32,000 nt of DNA from Pseudoalteromonas translucida KMM 520 (GCF_001465295.1 NZ_CP011034.1:360001-392000); one strand, 5' to 3'. Positions 10,346 through 19,083 are shown, counted from the first letter of the stretch. A program made the numbers and translations. The notes: generated by a model from the letters alone, not told the origin.

Positions 10346-12616
10346 ATGGCAAAAAAAAGTAAATTACTGTCTTGGTTAGGTTTTGGTAAGTCAGATAAAA
10401 AACAACAAGCGGAACAAAGTGCCCAAGAGGCCGATAACCAACAGCAAGCGCGCTTAGCAGCAGAAAAAGCTGAAGCAGAGCATTTAGAGCAACAGCGACT
10501 GGCCGCTGAAAAAGCGGAGCAAGAGGCTGCAGACAAAATAGCAGCCGAGCAAGCACAGAGAGAGCAAGCCGAAAAGCTAGCGATTGAAAAAGCCAATGCT
10601 GAGTTACTCGCAAAACAGCAAGCAGATACTCATGCATTACAGTTAGAGCAACAGCAGCGTCTAGCAGAGCAAGAAGCGCAGATGCGCCTTGATCAAAAAA
10701 AAGCAGCAGCTGAACAAGCCGAAGCTGAGCGTTTAGAGCAAACACGTATTGCAGCAGAGCAAGCAGAAGCTGAGCGATTAGAGCAGCAAAAACTTGCAGC
10801 CGAGCAAGCACAGAGAGAGCAAGCTGAAAAGCTAGCGATTGAAAAAGCCAATGCTGAGTTACTCGTAAAACAGCAAGCAGATGCTCATGCATTACAGTTA
10901 GAGCAACAGCAGCGTTTAGTAGAGCAAGAAGCGCAGATGCGCCTGGATCAAGAAAAAGCAGCAGCGGAAAAGGCTGAAGCTGAGCGTTTAGATCAAGCAC
11001 GTATTGCAGCAGAGCAAGCAGAAGCTGAGCGATTAGAACAAGCACGAATTGCAGCAGAGCAAGCTGAAGCTGAGCGCTTAGAGCAAGCACGTATTTCAGC
11101 AGAGCTTGCAGAAATTGAGCGATTAGAACAGCAGCGCATTGCAGCTGAACAAGCAGAAGCTGAGCGTTTAGAGCAACAGCGAATTGCAGTAGAGCAAGCA
11201 GAAGCTGAGCGATTAGAACAACAGCGTATTGCAGCTGAACAGGCTGAAGCTGAGCGTTTAGAGCAAACACGTATTGCAGCAGAGCAAGCAGAAGTTGAGC
11301 GATTAGAACAACAGCGTATTGCAGCAGAGCAAGCAGAAGTTGAGCGATTAGAACAACAGCGTATTGCAGCTGAACAAGCAGAAGCTGAGCGTTTAGAGCA
11401 AGCACGAATTGCAGCAGAGCAAGCAGAAGCTGAGCGTTTAGAACAAGCACGAATTGCAGCAGAGCAAGCAGAAGCTGAGCGTTTAGAACAAGCACGAATT
11501 GCAGCAGAGCAAGCAGAAGCTGAGCGTTTAGAACAAGCACGAATTGCAGCAGAGCAAGCAGAAGCTGAGCGTTTAGAACAAGCACGTATTGCAGCAGAGC
11601 AAGAAGAAGCTGAGCGTTTAGAACAAGCGCGTGTTGCAGATGAACTTGCAAGCGAAGCAGCTCAAAAAGTAGAAAAACCTAAAAAAGAAGGTTTTTTCTC
11701 TCGCCTTAAAAAAGGTTTATTAAAAACTCGCGTTAATATTGGTTCTGGTTTTGCTTCTATATTTAGTGGTAAAAAAATAGACGATGATTTATTTGAAGAG
11801 CTAGAAACGCAATTACTCACCGCCGATTTAGGCGTTGATACCACCATGAAGTTAATAGACCGCTTAACTGATGCGGCAAACCGTAAGCAATTAAAAGACG
11901 GCGACGCACTTTACGAGCTAATGAAACAAGAAATGGCTGCAATGCTTAAAACTGCAGAGCAGCCATTGGTTATTCCGGCCGATAAAAAACCATTTGTTAT
12001 ATTAATGGTAGGTGTTAACGGTGTAGGTAAAACGACGACCATTGGTAAATTGGCTAAGCAATTTCAAAGCGAAGGCAAGTCGGTCATGCTTGCTGCGGGT
12101 GATACATTTAGAGCTGCAGCGGTTGAGCAACTACAAGTATGGGGCGATCGTAATAGTATTCCTGTTATTGCACAGCATACTGGTGCCGACAGTGCGTCTG
12201 TTATTTTTGATGCTTTTCAAGCTGCAAAAGCGCGTAACGTTGACGTATTAATTGCAGATACAGCAGGGCGCTTGCAAAATAAAGACAACTTAATGCAAGA
12301 GCTTGAAAAAATAGCGCGAGTAATGAAAAAAATTGATCCTGACGCGCCGCACGAAGTAATGTTAACTATTGATGCAGGCACAGGGCAAAATGCAATTAGC
12401 CAGGTAAACTTGTTTAATCAGTGCGTTGGTTTAACCGGTATTACTCTTTCAAAACTAGATGGCACGGCAAAAGGTGGTGTTATTTTCGCGGTAGCAGATA
12501 AGTTTAACATTCCAATTCGTTATATTGGTGTGGGTGAAAGTATTGATGATTTACGTGCCTTTAAAAGCGATGACTTTATTGATGCGCTATTTAGCCAAGA
12601 TGAAGACGACGCTTAA
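10346..12616 (+). CDS. ftsY: Signal recognition particle receptor FtsY with a repeat-expanded acidic A-domain
   Basis: The N-terminus MAKKSKLLSWLGFGK matches E. coli MAKEKKRGFFSWLGFG. The NG domain runs from about aa 447 (GFFSRLKKGLLKTRVNIGSGF) with GVNGVGKTTTIGKLA, DTAGR and SKLDGTAKGG. It is 756 aa versus about 497 aa in E. coli, and the excess is all in Ala/Glu/Gln/Arg repeats. Confidence 0.95.
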   Translation: MAKKSKLLSWLGFGKSDKKQQAEQSAQEADNQQQARLAAEKAEAEHLEQQRLAAEKAEQEAADKIAAEQAQREQAEKLAIEKANAELLAKQQADTHALQLEQQQRLAEQEAQMRLDQKKAAAEQAEAERLEQTRIAAEQAEAERLEQQKLAAEQAQREQAEKLAIEKANAELLVKQQADAHALQLEQQQRLVEQEAQMRLDQEKAAAEKAEAERLDQARIAAEQAEAERLEQARIAAEQAEAERLEQARISAELAEIERLEQQRIAAEQAEAERLEQQRIAVEQAEAERLEQQRIAAEQAEAERLEQTRIAAEQAEVERLEQQRIAAEQAEVERLEQQRIAAEQAEAERLEQARIAAEQAEAERLEQARIAAEQAEAERLEQARIAAEQAEAERLEQARIAAEQAEAERLEQARIAAEQEEAERLEQARVADELASEAAQKVEKPKKEGFFSRLKKGLLKTRVNIGSGFASIFSGKKIDDDLFEELETQLLTADLGVDTTMKLIDRLTDAANRKQLKDGDALYELMKQEMAAMLKTAEQPLVIPADKKPFVILMVGVNGVGKTTTIGKLAKQFQSEGKSVMLAAGDTFRAAAVEQLQVWGDRNSIPVIAQHTGADSASVIFDAFQAAKARNVDVLIADTAGRLQNKDNLMQELEKIARVMKKIDPDAPHEVMLTIDAGTGQNAISQVNLFNQCVGLTGITLSKLDGTAKGGVIFAVADKFNIPIRYIGVGESIDDLRAFKSDDFIDALFSQDEDDA
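10541..11050. repeat. Tandem duplication of a 255-bp (85-aa) coding block inside ftsY
   Basis: Copy 1 is 10541-10795 and copy 2 is 10796-11050. Both encode AAEQAQREQAEKLAIEKANAELL(A/V)KQQAD(T/A)HALQLEQQQRL... My hand count gives about 20 mismatches in 255 nt, or roughly 92% identity. Confidence 0.9.
10961..11635. repeat. 15 consecutive in-frame 45-bp tandem repeats (15-aa unit AAEQAEAERLEQARI) inside ftsY
   Basis: These cover aa 206-430 of FtsY. Units at 11411-11455, 11456-11500 and 11501-11545 are nucleotide-identical, and 11546-11590 differs by 1 nt. Two further units lie at about 10706-10795, with degenerate ones near the N-terminus. Confidence 0.95.
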
Positions 12617-12771
12617 AGCATAGCAAGCTATTAGTACAAACGTTGAAAAGTGATTAGCGCGACGCTCATAAAGTGAAAGCTTCACCCAAATAGCCATGTT
12701 TGTACTTTGATTTTCCGGTTCTGTAGGTGTGGTTTATAACACACCTTTTAAAGGTGGAACTTTTATTTACC

Positions 12772-12797
12772 AAAAGAGGGAGCTTGCTCCCTTTTTA
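12772..12797 (+). terminator. Rho-independent terminator between ftsY and ftsE
   Basis: GGGAG (12778-12782) / CTCCC (12787-12791) with a CTTG loop, extended by A/T pairs and followed by TTTTT. It is preceded by a second hairpin AGGTGTG/CACACCT (12725-12746) followed by TTTTA. Confidence 0.65.
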
Positions 12798-12850
12798 ATT
12801 GCGAGGAATACCAGCTTTATTGATGTTTAATAGCGTTGGCATAATAAAAA

Positions 12851-13528
12851 ATGATAAATTTTCAGCAAGTAAGTAAAACCTATCCAGGCGGGCATCGCGC
12901 TCTTGAAAAAGTTAATTTTCATATTAAGCCTGGTGAACTCGCGTTTTTAACCGGACACAGTGGCGCGGGTAAAAGTACGCTGTTAAAACTAATTAGCCTA
13001 ATGGAACGCCCTTCTGCTGGAAGTGTGTTTATTAACGGTATAGATTTAAACAAAGTAAACTCACGGCAAATTCCTTATGCCCGTCGCGATATAGGCATTA
13101 TATTTCAAAACCACCGCTTATTAGAGCGCTACACTATATTTGATAACGTAGCACTGCCCTTGATCATTGAAGGCACACACCATAAGCAAATTGCAAAGCG
13201 TGTGCATGGCGCACTTGATAAGGTTGGTTTGATTGATAAAATTAAATGCCACCCATCTATGCTCTCTGGTGGCGAGCAGCAGCGTGTGGGTATTGCCCGC
13301 GCAATTGTTAACTCCCCGCCAATATTATTAGCAGATGAACCAACGGGTAACCTAGATCCTGAGCTTTCAATGGAAATATTACGTCTTTTTGAAGAGTTTA
13401 ATAACCATGGAACAACCGTACTTATTGCTACACACGATCTAGGATTAGTGGCCCGGATGAAGTATCGCAGCTTAACCCTAAAAGATGGTCGTATGATTCA
13501 AGATCCGTTAGCCGAGGGCGCATTATGA
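12851..13528 (+). CDS. ftsE: Cell-division ABC transporter ATP-binding protein FtsE
   Basis: 225 aa. It is collinear with E. coli FtsE from Met1, with Walker [10 protein letters not shown], signature LSGGEQQR and Walker B LLADEP. Confidence 0.96.
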   Translation: MINFQQVSKTYPGGHRALEKVNFHIKPGELAFLTGHSGAGKSTLLKLISLMERPSAGSVFINGIDLNKVNSRQIPYARRDIGIIFQNHRLLERYTIFDNVALPLIIEGTHHKQIAKRVHGALDKVGLIDKIKCHPSMLSGGEQQRVGIARAIVNSPPILLADEPTGNLDPELSMEILRLFEEFNNHGTTVLIATHDLGLVARMKYRSLTLKDGRMIQDPLAEGAL

Positions 13529-14511
13529 GTTTACTTTTTAAAAGTCGTCAAAATAGTAACGATAAACAAAAAAAATCAGTATTTGCTGGCGGTTATTTTT
13601 TTATTATTAATATTTTTCGCCAAGGCGTACATAGCTTAGGTGAAATGTGGCGCACACCTCTAGCGTCGTTAATGACTATTGCAGTACTGGGTTTGAGCTT
13701 AACCTTGCCAGCTAGCTTATATTTAGTGGTTAAAAATGTGCAACAGGTAAGCAGCGGCTTTGAAGAGGCCAGCGAAATTTCTTTGTTCGTAAAAGAAAGC
13801 ATGAGCGAGCAAGAAACCCAAACCTTAGTAAAGCGCTTAGCACTCTACCCAGAAGTAGAAAGCGTGACCTTTATTTCCAAGCAGCAAGCTCTACAAGAGT
13901 TTAAGCAAGTATCTGGATTTGGTCAGGCGTTAAGCTATTTAAATAGCAACCCGTTACCCGATGTAGTGCTCGTTATACCAACGTCGCGACACAGACAACC
14001 TAATGCCGCAAAAGTACTTTTAACTAAGCTTGAAAGTGAGCGAGAAGTTGATTTTGGTAAGCTCGACATAGCTTGGCTTGAGCGTCTAAATGCATTGCTA
14101 AGCCTATTAAAAGAAAGTGTTATTACCATTGCGCTGCTATTGCTTACCTCGGTAACGCTAATAATAGGCAACACTATTCGTTTATCTATTATGGATAAAA
14201 AAGAAGAAATACAAGTAATGAAGCTGGTAGGTGCTACTAATACTTTTATTCATGCCCCCTTTTTATGGACCGGGATATGGTATGGCGTTATAGGCGGATT
14301 ATTTGCGTTTATATGTGTAGCGCTAATGATGTGGTGGCTATCAACTGCCGTTAGCAGTGTGGCAAGTGTTTACCAAACTAGTTTTTCTTTAATTGGTTTA
14401 ACCTTAAAAGAATTTGGCTCGCTGGTACTGCTTGCTACTAGCTTAGGATTTATTGGTTCGTACTTATCGGTTAATCGTTATATAAAAGAAATTGAGCCAG
14501 ATAAAGTCTGA
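13525..14511 (+). CDS. ftsX: Cell-division permease-like protein FtsX
   Basis: 328 aa. ATGA overlap with the ftsE stop and a GAGGG SD. It has four predicted TM segments, a periplasmic loop and the family-typical motif KLVGAT. Confidence 0.93.
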   Translation: MSLLFKSRQNSNDKQKKSVFAGGYFFIINIFRQGVHSLGEMWRTPLASLMTIAVLGLSLTLPASLYLVVKNVQQVSSGFEEASEISLFVKESMSEQETQTLVKRLALYPEVESVTFISKQQALQEFKQVSGFGQALSYLNSNPLPDVVLVIPTSRHRQPNAAKVLLTKLESEREVDFGKLDIAWLERLNALLSLLKESVITIALLLLTSVTLIIGNTIRLSIMDKKEEIQVMKLVGATNTFIHAPFLWTGIWYGVIGGLFAFICVALMMWWLSTAVSSVASVYQTSFSLIGLTLKEFGSLVLLATSLGFIGSYLSVNRYIKEIEPDKV

Positions 14512-14676
14512 CATAAAATGGTCACACTTTTATATTATTCTTTTTAAAGCAGTTTTTATAAAAGTACTTTAAAGCTATAGCAGGGCTTAATTCATCACTT
14601 ATTCAGTCGCTTAGCGTAGACTTAAAAAATACAAAAAACCACTTGATTTATACTTAAGAAAAGTTTTAAATTGGGG

Positions 14677-14703
14677 TTAGCACTCTTAGGTAAAGAGTGC
14701 TAA
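14677..14703 (+). promoter_or_regulatory. Perfect 11-bp stem-loop in the rpoH leader
   Basis: TTAGCACTCTT (14677-14687) / AAGAGTGCTAA (14693-14703) with loop AGGTA. It ends 33 nt upstream of the rpoH ATG and has no U-tail. Confidence 0.4.
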
Positions 14704-14736
14704 GATGGTTTCAAATGTTTATCACCGAGGTGAAAA

Positions 14737-15600
14737 ATGAGTAAAGATTTATACGCAATGGCACTTACAGTTGGACAGCAAAGCGCAAGCATGGACGGTT
14801 ACCTTCAAGCGGTAAGCACTATTCCTATGCTTAAAGTAGAGCAAGAACAAGAGCTGGCAACACGTCTTCAGGAAGAAGGTGATCTTAGTGCTGCAAAGCA
14901 ACTCATTATGTCGCACTTACGCTTTGTAGCGCATATTGCAAAAGGCTACTCGGGTTATGGCTTGCCACAAGCAGATTTAATCCAAGAAGGTAATATTGGC
15001 CTGATGAAAGCGGTAAAGCGTTTTAACCCAGAAGTGGGTGTGCGTTTAGTATCGTTTGCAGTACATTGGATTAAAGCAGAAATTCATGAGTTTGTACTTA
15101 AAAACTGGCGCATCGTAAAAGTTGCTACCACTAAAGCGCAGCGTAAATTGTTTTTTAACCTTCGTAAAAATAAAAAACGTTTAGGTTGGTTTAACCAAGC
15201 AGAAGTTAGCACAGTAGCTAGCGAGCTAGGTGTAAGTGAAAAAGAAGTACGTGAAATGGAATCGCGCATGAGCGGCCAAGACATGGGCTTTGACCTTACA
15301 GGTGATGACGACGACAGCGCACCAAGTAGCACCTATTCACCAGTACAGTATTTAACTGATGGCACTGCTGATTTAGCTGACGATATTGAGCAGCAACAAT
15401 GGCAAGAACAATCACATACTCGTTTGTTTAGCGCTCTTAAAACGCTAGACGAACGCTCGCAAGACATTGTAAGCGCACGTTGGTTAACCGACGATAAAGC
15501 AACGCTACAAGAACTTGCCGAAAAATACAGTGTATCGGCTGAGCGTGTTCGCCAGCTAGAAAAAACAGCGATGAAAAAGCTACAAGCTGCAATGGTGTAA
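14737..15600 (+). CDS. rpoH: Heat-shock sigma factor sigma-32
   Basis: 287 aa. It has [37 protein letters not shown] and the RpoH box [18 protein letters not shown]. It lies downstream of ftsX, as in E. coli. Confidence 0.97.
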   Translation: MSKDLYAMALTVGQQSASMDGYLQAVSTIPMLKVEQEQELATRLQEEGDLSAAKQLIMSHLRFVAHIAKGYSGYGLPQADLIQEGNIGLMKAVKRFNPEVGVRLVSFAVHWIKAEIHEFVLKNWRIVKVATTKAQRKLFFNLRKNKKRLGWFNQAEVSTVASELGVSEKEVREMESRMSGQDMGFDLTGDDDDSAPSSTYSPVQYLTDGTADLADDIEQQQWQEQSHTRLFSALKTLDERSQDIVSARWLTDDKATLQELAEKYSVSAERVRQLEKTAMKKLQAAMV

Positions 15601-15622
15601 ACCTAACCATTTAGCGAACAAC

Positions 15623-15660
15623 AAAAAAGCCCCGCATATAAAATGCGGGGCTTTTTGTTT
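15623..15660 (+). terminator. Rho-independent terminator of rpoH
   Basis: AAGCCCCGCAT (15627-15637) / ATGCGGGGCTT (15643-15653), followed by TTTTGTTT. Confidence 0.9.
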
Positions 15661-16033
15661 GCTTCACAATATCTACTTAAATCTTTTTCTATTCTAAATC
15701 TATTCAAGTTAGTAAATACCATTTAAGCTCGGTCTTATTCAGAGTTAATACGTTAAACATATATTTAACGTAAAACAAACCAACTGCACTCATTTGATTG
15801 TTGCTATTTACATGGGGTTTATTTGAATTAAAAAATTAACATTATATGTTAGTGAATAAGTCTGATTTAGGCTGCTAGAGGTTAGTTTTTATTTTGTTTC
15901 CTCCCTGTGTATGCGAAAATATTTGCAGGTTTAGACTGGCCTTTCAGTTTAACCCATATTCTAAATTCAGCTGTTAGTTAGCTGTGTTTACACCCATCAT
16001 CTAATTTAATTTTAAGCTGTATTAGTACCCAAT

Positions 16034-17905
16034 ATGCACTCATATTCACTAAAGAAAAAGATATTGTTATCGGTTATTCTCGCACTCGTCATTGTGGTAG
16101 CGTTGCTATCATGGCGTAGTTATTCCACTCAAAAAGCCTTGTTATTACAAAGTAGTGTTGATCAGGTTAGTCAATCTGGTGAGCAACAGGCAGCACAGAT
16201 TGAGCAATGGCTTGCTGATCGCCTGCGAATAGTTAGCTCTGTGGCGACAAAGGTAGAAGGTGATACGCTCAACGCGTTACAGCAAGCGCAAGCTTCTGGT
16301 GATTTTCAATTAGCCTATTTTGGTAACAACGATGGCGAAATGTTCGACTCTGATCCAAGTGTTGATCGCACAGGTTACAACCCACGAACTCGGCCTTGGT
16401 ATCAACAAGCTCAACAAACACGAGGAGCTATTGTCACTAAGCCTTATTTAGACGTAGCTTTTAATTTACTAGTGATAAGTATAGCGCAACCGACTCGAAA
16501 TGGTGTGGTTGGTGGTGATGTATCTATTGCTAGCTTAGTTGAGAGTGTTAATAACATGGCGTTGCCAGCCAATGGGTATGCAATCATGATGCATAATGAC
16601 GGTACAGTGATTGCCTATAAAGACGCAAGTAAAGTTATGGGTCAAATCAGTAATATTGATGATCAGTTAAATACTAAGCTGGTGCAATCGAGTATTCAAA
16701 GTGGGGAGCTTACTCCTGCTTATTTTAAAACTGAAGGCCGAGATAAATTACTTTGGGGCGTAGATATTCCTAATACTGATTGGCAGTTAGCTTTTGTACT
16801 GGATAAAAAAACACTGGAAGCACCATTAACAAACTTAATGTTAACTCAGTTAGGGTTAGCAGCTTTAGCTTTAATAGTGAGTGTTTTGGCTATTTCATGG
16901 TTGTTAAGTTTATTACTCGGACCATTAGCTCGAGTATCTCTGGCATTATCACGGATTGCAGACGGTAATGGCGATTTAACGCAGCGTATAGAGGTCGATA
17001 GCCAAGATGAAGTAGGTGTGTTAGCTGATAGCTTTAATCGCTTTGTGAGTAGTCAGCATGAGCTTATTAGCCATATTCGCCAGCTTGCAACTGAGCTTGA
17101 TTTAGATGCAGAGAGAAGTTTGTGTACCAATCAAACGAGCGTTGAAGAGTTACAACGTCAACAACAAGAAGTAGCGATGGTTGCTACTGCTGTAACAGAA
17201 ATGTCTAGTGCAACACATGAAATTGCAGCCAATGCAGAAAGCACAGCAGCAGCATCACAGCAATCAGCCCAAAGCAGTGCACAGGGCAAAGGCTTGGTCG
17301 ATAAAACTCGTAGCACTATTAATTCATTAGCATCTGAGATTGATGAAACCACTGTGGTTATGGGAGAGCTAAGCCTGCATGCACAAGCTATTTCTAGTAT
17401 TTTAACTACAATTCAAGAGGTTGCTGAGCAAACTAATTTATTAGCACTCAATGCGGCCATTGAAGCTGCTCGTGCCGGTGAGCACGGTCGCGGCTTTGCG
17501 GTTGTTGCCGATGAAGTACGCGTTTTATCTCGCCGAACTCAAGAATCTACTGCAGAAATTTATACTACTATCGAAACTTTACAAAACACGACTAAGCAGG
17601 CCGTTAGTTTAATGGATAGTAGTAAAGGGTTAGCTAATAATAGTGTTGATGACGTTAATGCTGCAGCAAAAGCCCTCGAAGAAATTACTCAAGCGGTTAA
17701 TATAATTTCTGATATGGCAGGACAAATAGCCATAGCAGCCGAAGAGCAAACACAAGTAACAAATGAAATAACGCAAAATACGGTTGCTATAAAAGATGTT
17801 ACAGATGAGATCACTGAGTCGGCTTTGACCCATTTAAGCCAGGCAAAAGTACTTAAAGATCGCGCTGCTGATTTGAGCGATAAGGTGGCTACCTTTATTT
17901 TGTAA
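16034..17905 (+). CDS. Methyl-accepting chemotaxis protein (TM, periplasmic Cache-like sensor, TM, HAMP, signalling domain)
   Basis: 623 aa. There are two TM segments at about aa 10-28 and 272-297. The highly conserved MCP hairpin tip EQTNLLALNAAIEAARAGEHGRGFAVVADEVRVLSRRTQEST is present. The periplasmic roughly 240-aa region has Cache-like features (PWY..., DVA...). No obvious SD. Confidence 0.92.
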   Translation: MHSYSLKKKILLSVILALVIVVALLSWRSYSTQKALLLQSSVDQVSQSGEQQAAQIEQWLADRLRIVSSVATKVEGDTLNALQQAQASGDFQLAYFGNNDGEMFDSDPSVDRTGYNPRTRPWYQQAQQTRGAIVTKPYLDVAFNLLVISIAQPTRNGVVGGDVSIASLVESVNNMALPANGYAIMMHNDGTVIAYKDASKVMGQISNIDDQLNTKLVQSSIQSGELTPAYFKTEGRDKLLWGVDIPNTDWQLAFVLDKKTLEAPLTNLMLTQLGLAALALIVSVLAISWLLSLLLGPLARVSLALSRIADGNGDLTQRIEVDSQDEVGVLADSFNRFVSSQHELISHIRQLATELDLDAERSLCTNQTSVEELQRQQQEVAMVATAVTEMSSATHEIAANAESTAAASQQSAQSSAQGKGLVDKTRSTINSLASEIDETTVVMGELSLHAQAISSILTTIQEVAEQTNLLALNAAIEAARAGEHGRGFAVVADEVRVLSRRTQESTAEIYTTIETLQNTTKQAVSLMDSSKGLANNSVDDVNAAAKALEEITQAVNIISDMAGQIAIAAEEQTQVTNEITQNTVAIKDVTDEITESALTHLSQAKVLKDRAADLSDKVATFIL

Positions 17906-17910
17906 GCGTG

Positions 17911-17958
17911 AACAATTGCTCTACTGCAGCCTTATTACTTCGCGGTAGAGCAATTGTT
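17911..17958 (+). terminator. Long hairpin downstream of the MCP gene (candidate terminator)
   Basis: Perfect 14-bp inverted repeat AACAATTGCTCTAC (17911-17924) / GTAGAGCAATTGTT (17945-17958) with a 20-nt loop, followed by ATATTT. It begins 5 nt after the stop codon. Confidence 0.5.
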
Positions 17959-18096
17959 ATATTTAAAATAATAAAGTTTAAATTATTCTCTTTCATCTAA
18001 GTGAACTGCCCTGCGACATCACTTCTCAGAACACAGGGTTTCTTCGATAAAAAGTCACTTTAATAAGTGCGCCTTTTTGCTAATCGAGTAATAGAT

Positions 18097-18885
18097 TTAA
18101 TCCTTAACATCACTTTTAGTTGCTTCGCTATACCACAGCTCCATAAAGCACTCAGTTAACTTATGCTCAATTTCAAGAGCTTTATCGGTTGGGCAAAATA
18201 GGGTGAAGCTTGCTCTAAACTCTCCTAACTCAGTAGTACCAAAGTGAATTTCGGGTTCTGGGCCTGAAATCTTTGCATCTAACTTTCTTTTAATAATAGA
18301 GTTATATCTACTTGCTACTTCTTCAAACTCTTCGCAGTAATGCTTGGCTTTATTACTTAGAGTTTCGTAAATAGGGTACGGATTAAAGCTGTCTTTGCGC
18401 ACAATATTAAAATGATGAGTAGCGAAGCGTTTAATAAAGTTTAAGTTTTTTATTGGGCTGGTAATTAATTTGTTATTAGGGATATATATTGTTTTTCTAG
18501 AGAATTGATAAGTTCTCATATCAATTTCATGTAAGGTGGTTTTAATCCAGTTAGTCTCTGCTACTTCGCCATAATATTCACCAACTTGTACCCAGTCGCC
18601 TATTCTAAATGGGCGGGTTGTCACTAAGTAAAAAAAGCCAATTACACATTGAATAAACTCTCTAGTGGCAAGCACAATAGCAACGGCAAAAGCGGCTATA
18701 GACAGTGCAAAGTTTTGAATCTCAGTCGACCATATAAACAGCAGTAACAAAACCATAGTAAAGTTAATAAAGTGCTTAATATTGTGAGCAATATAGCGAA
18801 TATCTTTTTCTTTTTTTTCTGCTCTATAGCGCGCCAACTTATCAACAAGTACTTTTAAACTAAATGCGATAGTGAGTACCACCAC
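18097..18885 (-). CDS. Small mechanosensitive (MscS-family) ion channel protein
   Basis: 262 aa with three N-terminal hydrophobic helices. It has the MscS pore and beta-domain signature AAFAVAIVLATREF...RPFRIGDWVQVGEYYGEVAETNW...IYIPNNKL. The start is GTG with no SD, and the frame stays open upstream to 18987 without an ATG. Confidence 0.78.
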   Translation of the reverse strand: MVVLTIAFSLKVLVDKLARYRAEKKEKDIRYIAHNIKHFINFTMVLLLLFIWSTEIQNFALSIAAFAVAIVLATREFIQCVIGFFYLVTTRPFRIGDWVQVGEYYGEVAETNWIKTTLHEIDMRTYQFSRKTIYIPNNKLITSPIKNLNFIKRFATHHFNIVRKDSFNPYPIYETLSNKAKHYCEEFEEVASRYNSIIKRKLDAKISGPEPEIHFGTTELGEFRASFTLFCPTDKALEIEHKLTECFMELWYSEATKSDVKD

Positions 18886-19000
18886 TGAGATAAGAACTGG
18901 ATGTAGTAGTATGTCTTTGATAATAAAACCCCTAATCGGTATAAGTTTAAAGTAAGTAATAACAGCTAGGTTTTTAAATAATAGGCCCTAGGTTCTAGGG

Positions 19001-19036
19001 AAAAACACCGCGCTAAACCTAAGCACGGTGTTTTTA
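19001..19036 (-). terminator. Terminator downstream of gor
   Basis: ACACCG(C)GCT / AGC(A)CGGTGT stem at 19005-19031 with one mismatch. It is flanked by A5 (T5 on the minus strand) and T5. Confidence 0.7.
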
Positions 19037-19083
19037 TATTTTGCTGATTTTGGACAACTTAAGCTAACAGTCGCCCTGAGCTG

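Noticed and set aside
10961-11635. Regular 45-bp repeats that could superficially resemble a CRISPR array.
   Set aside because: The units are directly abutting with no spacers. They are in frame inside ftsY, are not palindromic, and encode a coherent 15-aa repeat.
10308-11651. A 447-aa ORF antisense to ftsY (LLLALLQ... repeats), plus a 90-aa antisense ORF at 10324-10596.
   Set aside because: It is a by-product of the ftsY repeat. The sense codons GCA/GAG/CAA/GCT/CGT give stop-free Leu/Ala/Gln-rich antisense frames. It is low complexity, has no independent start context, and the sense frame has unambiguous FtsY homology.
14512-14676. A sigma-E type promoter (GGAACTT-N16-TCTGA) upstream of rpoH, expected by analogy with E. 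coli rpoH P3.
   Set aside because: The best candidates (GGCTTA...GTCGCT) are too far from consensus to report.
15661-16033. A search for sigma-28 (TAAA-N15-GCCGATAA) or sigma-54 (TGGCAC-N5-TTGC) promoters upstream of the MCP gene.
   Set aside because: There is no convincing match. The only TGGC (at about 15938) lacks a correctly spaced GC element.
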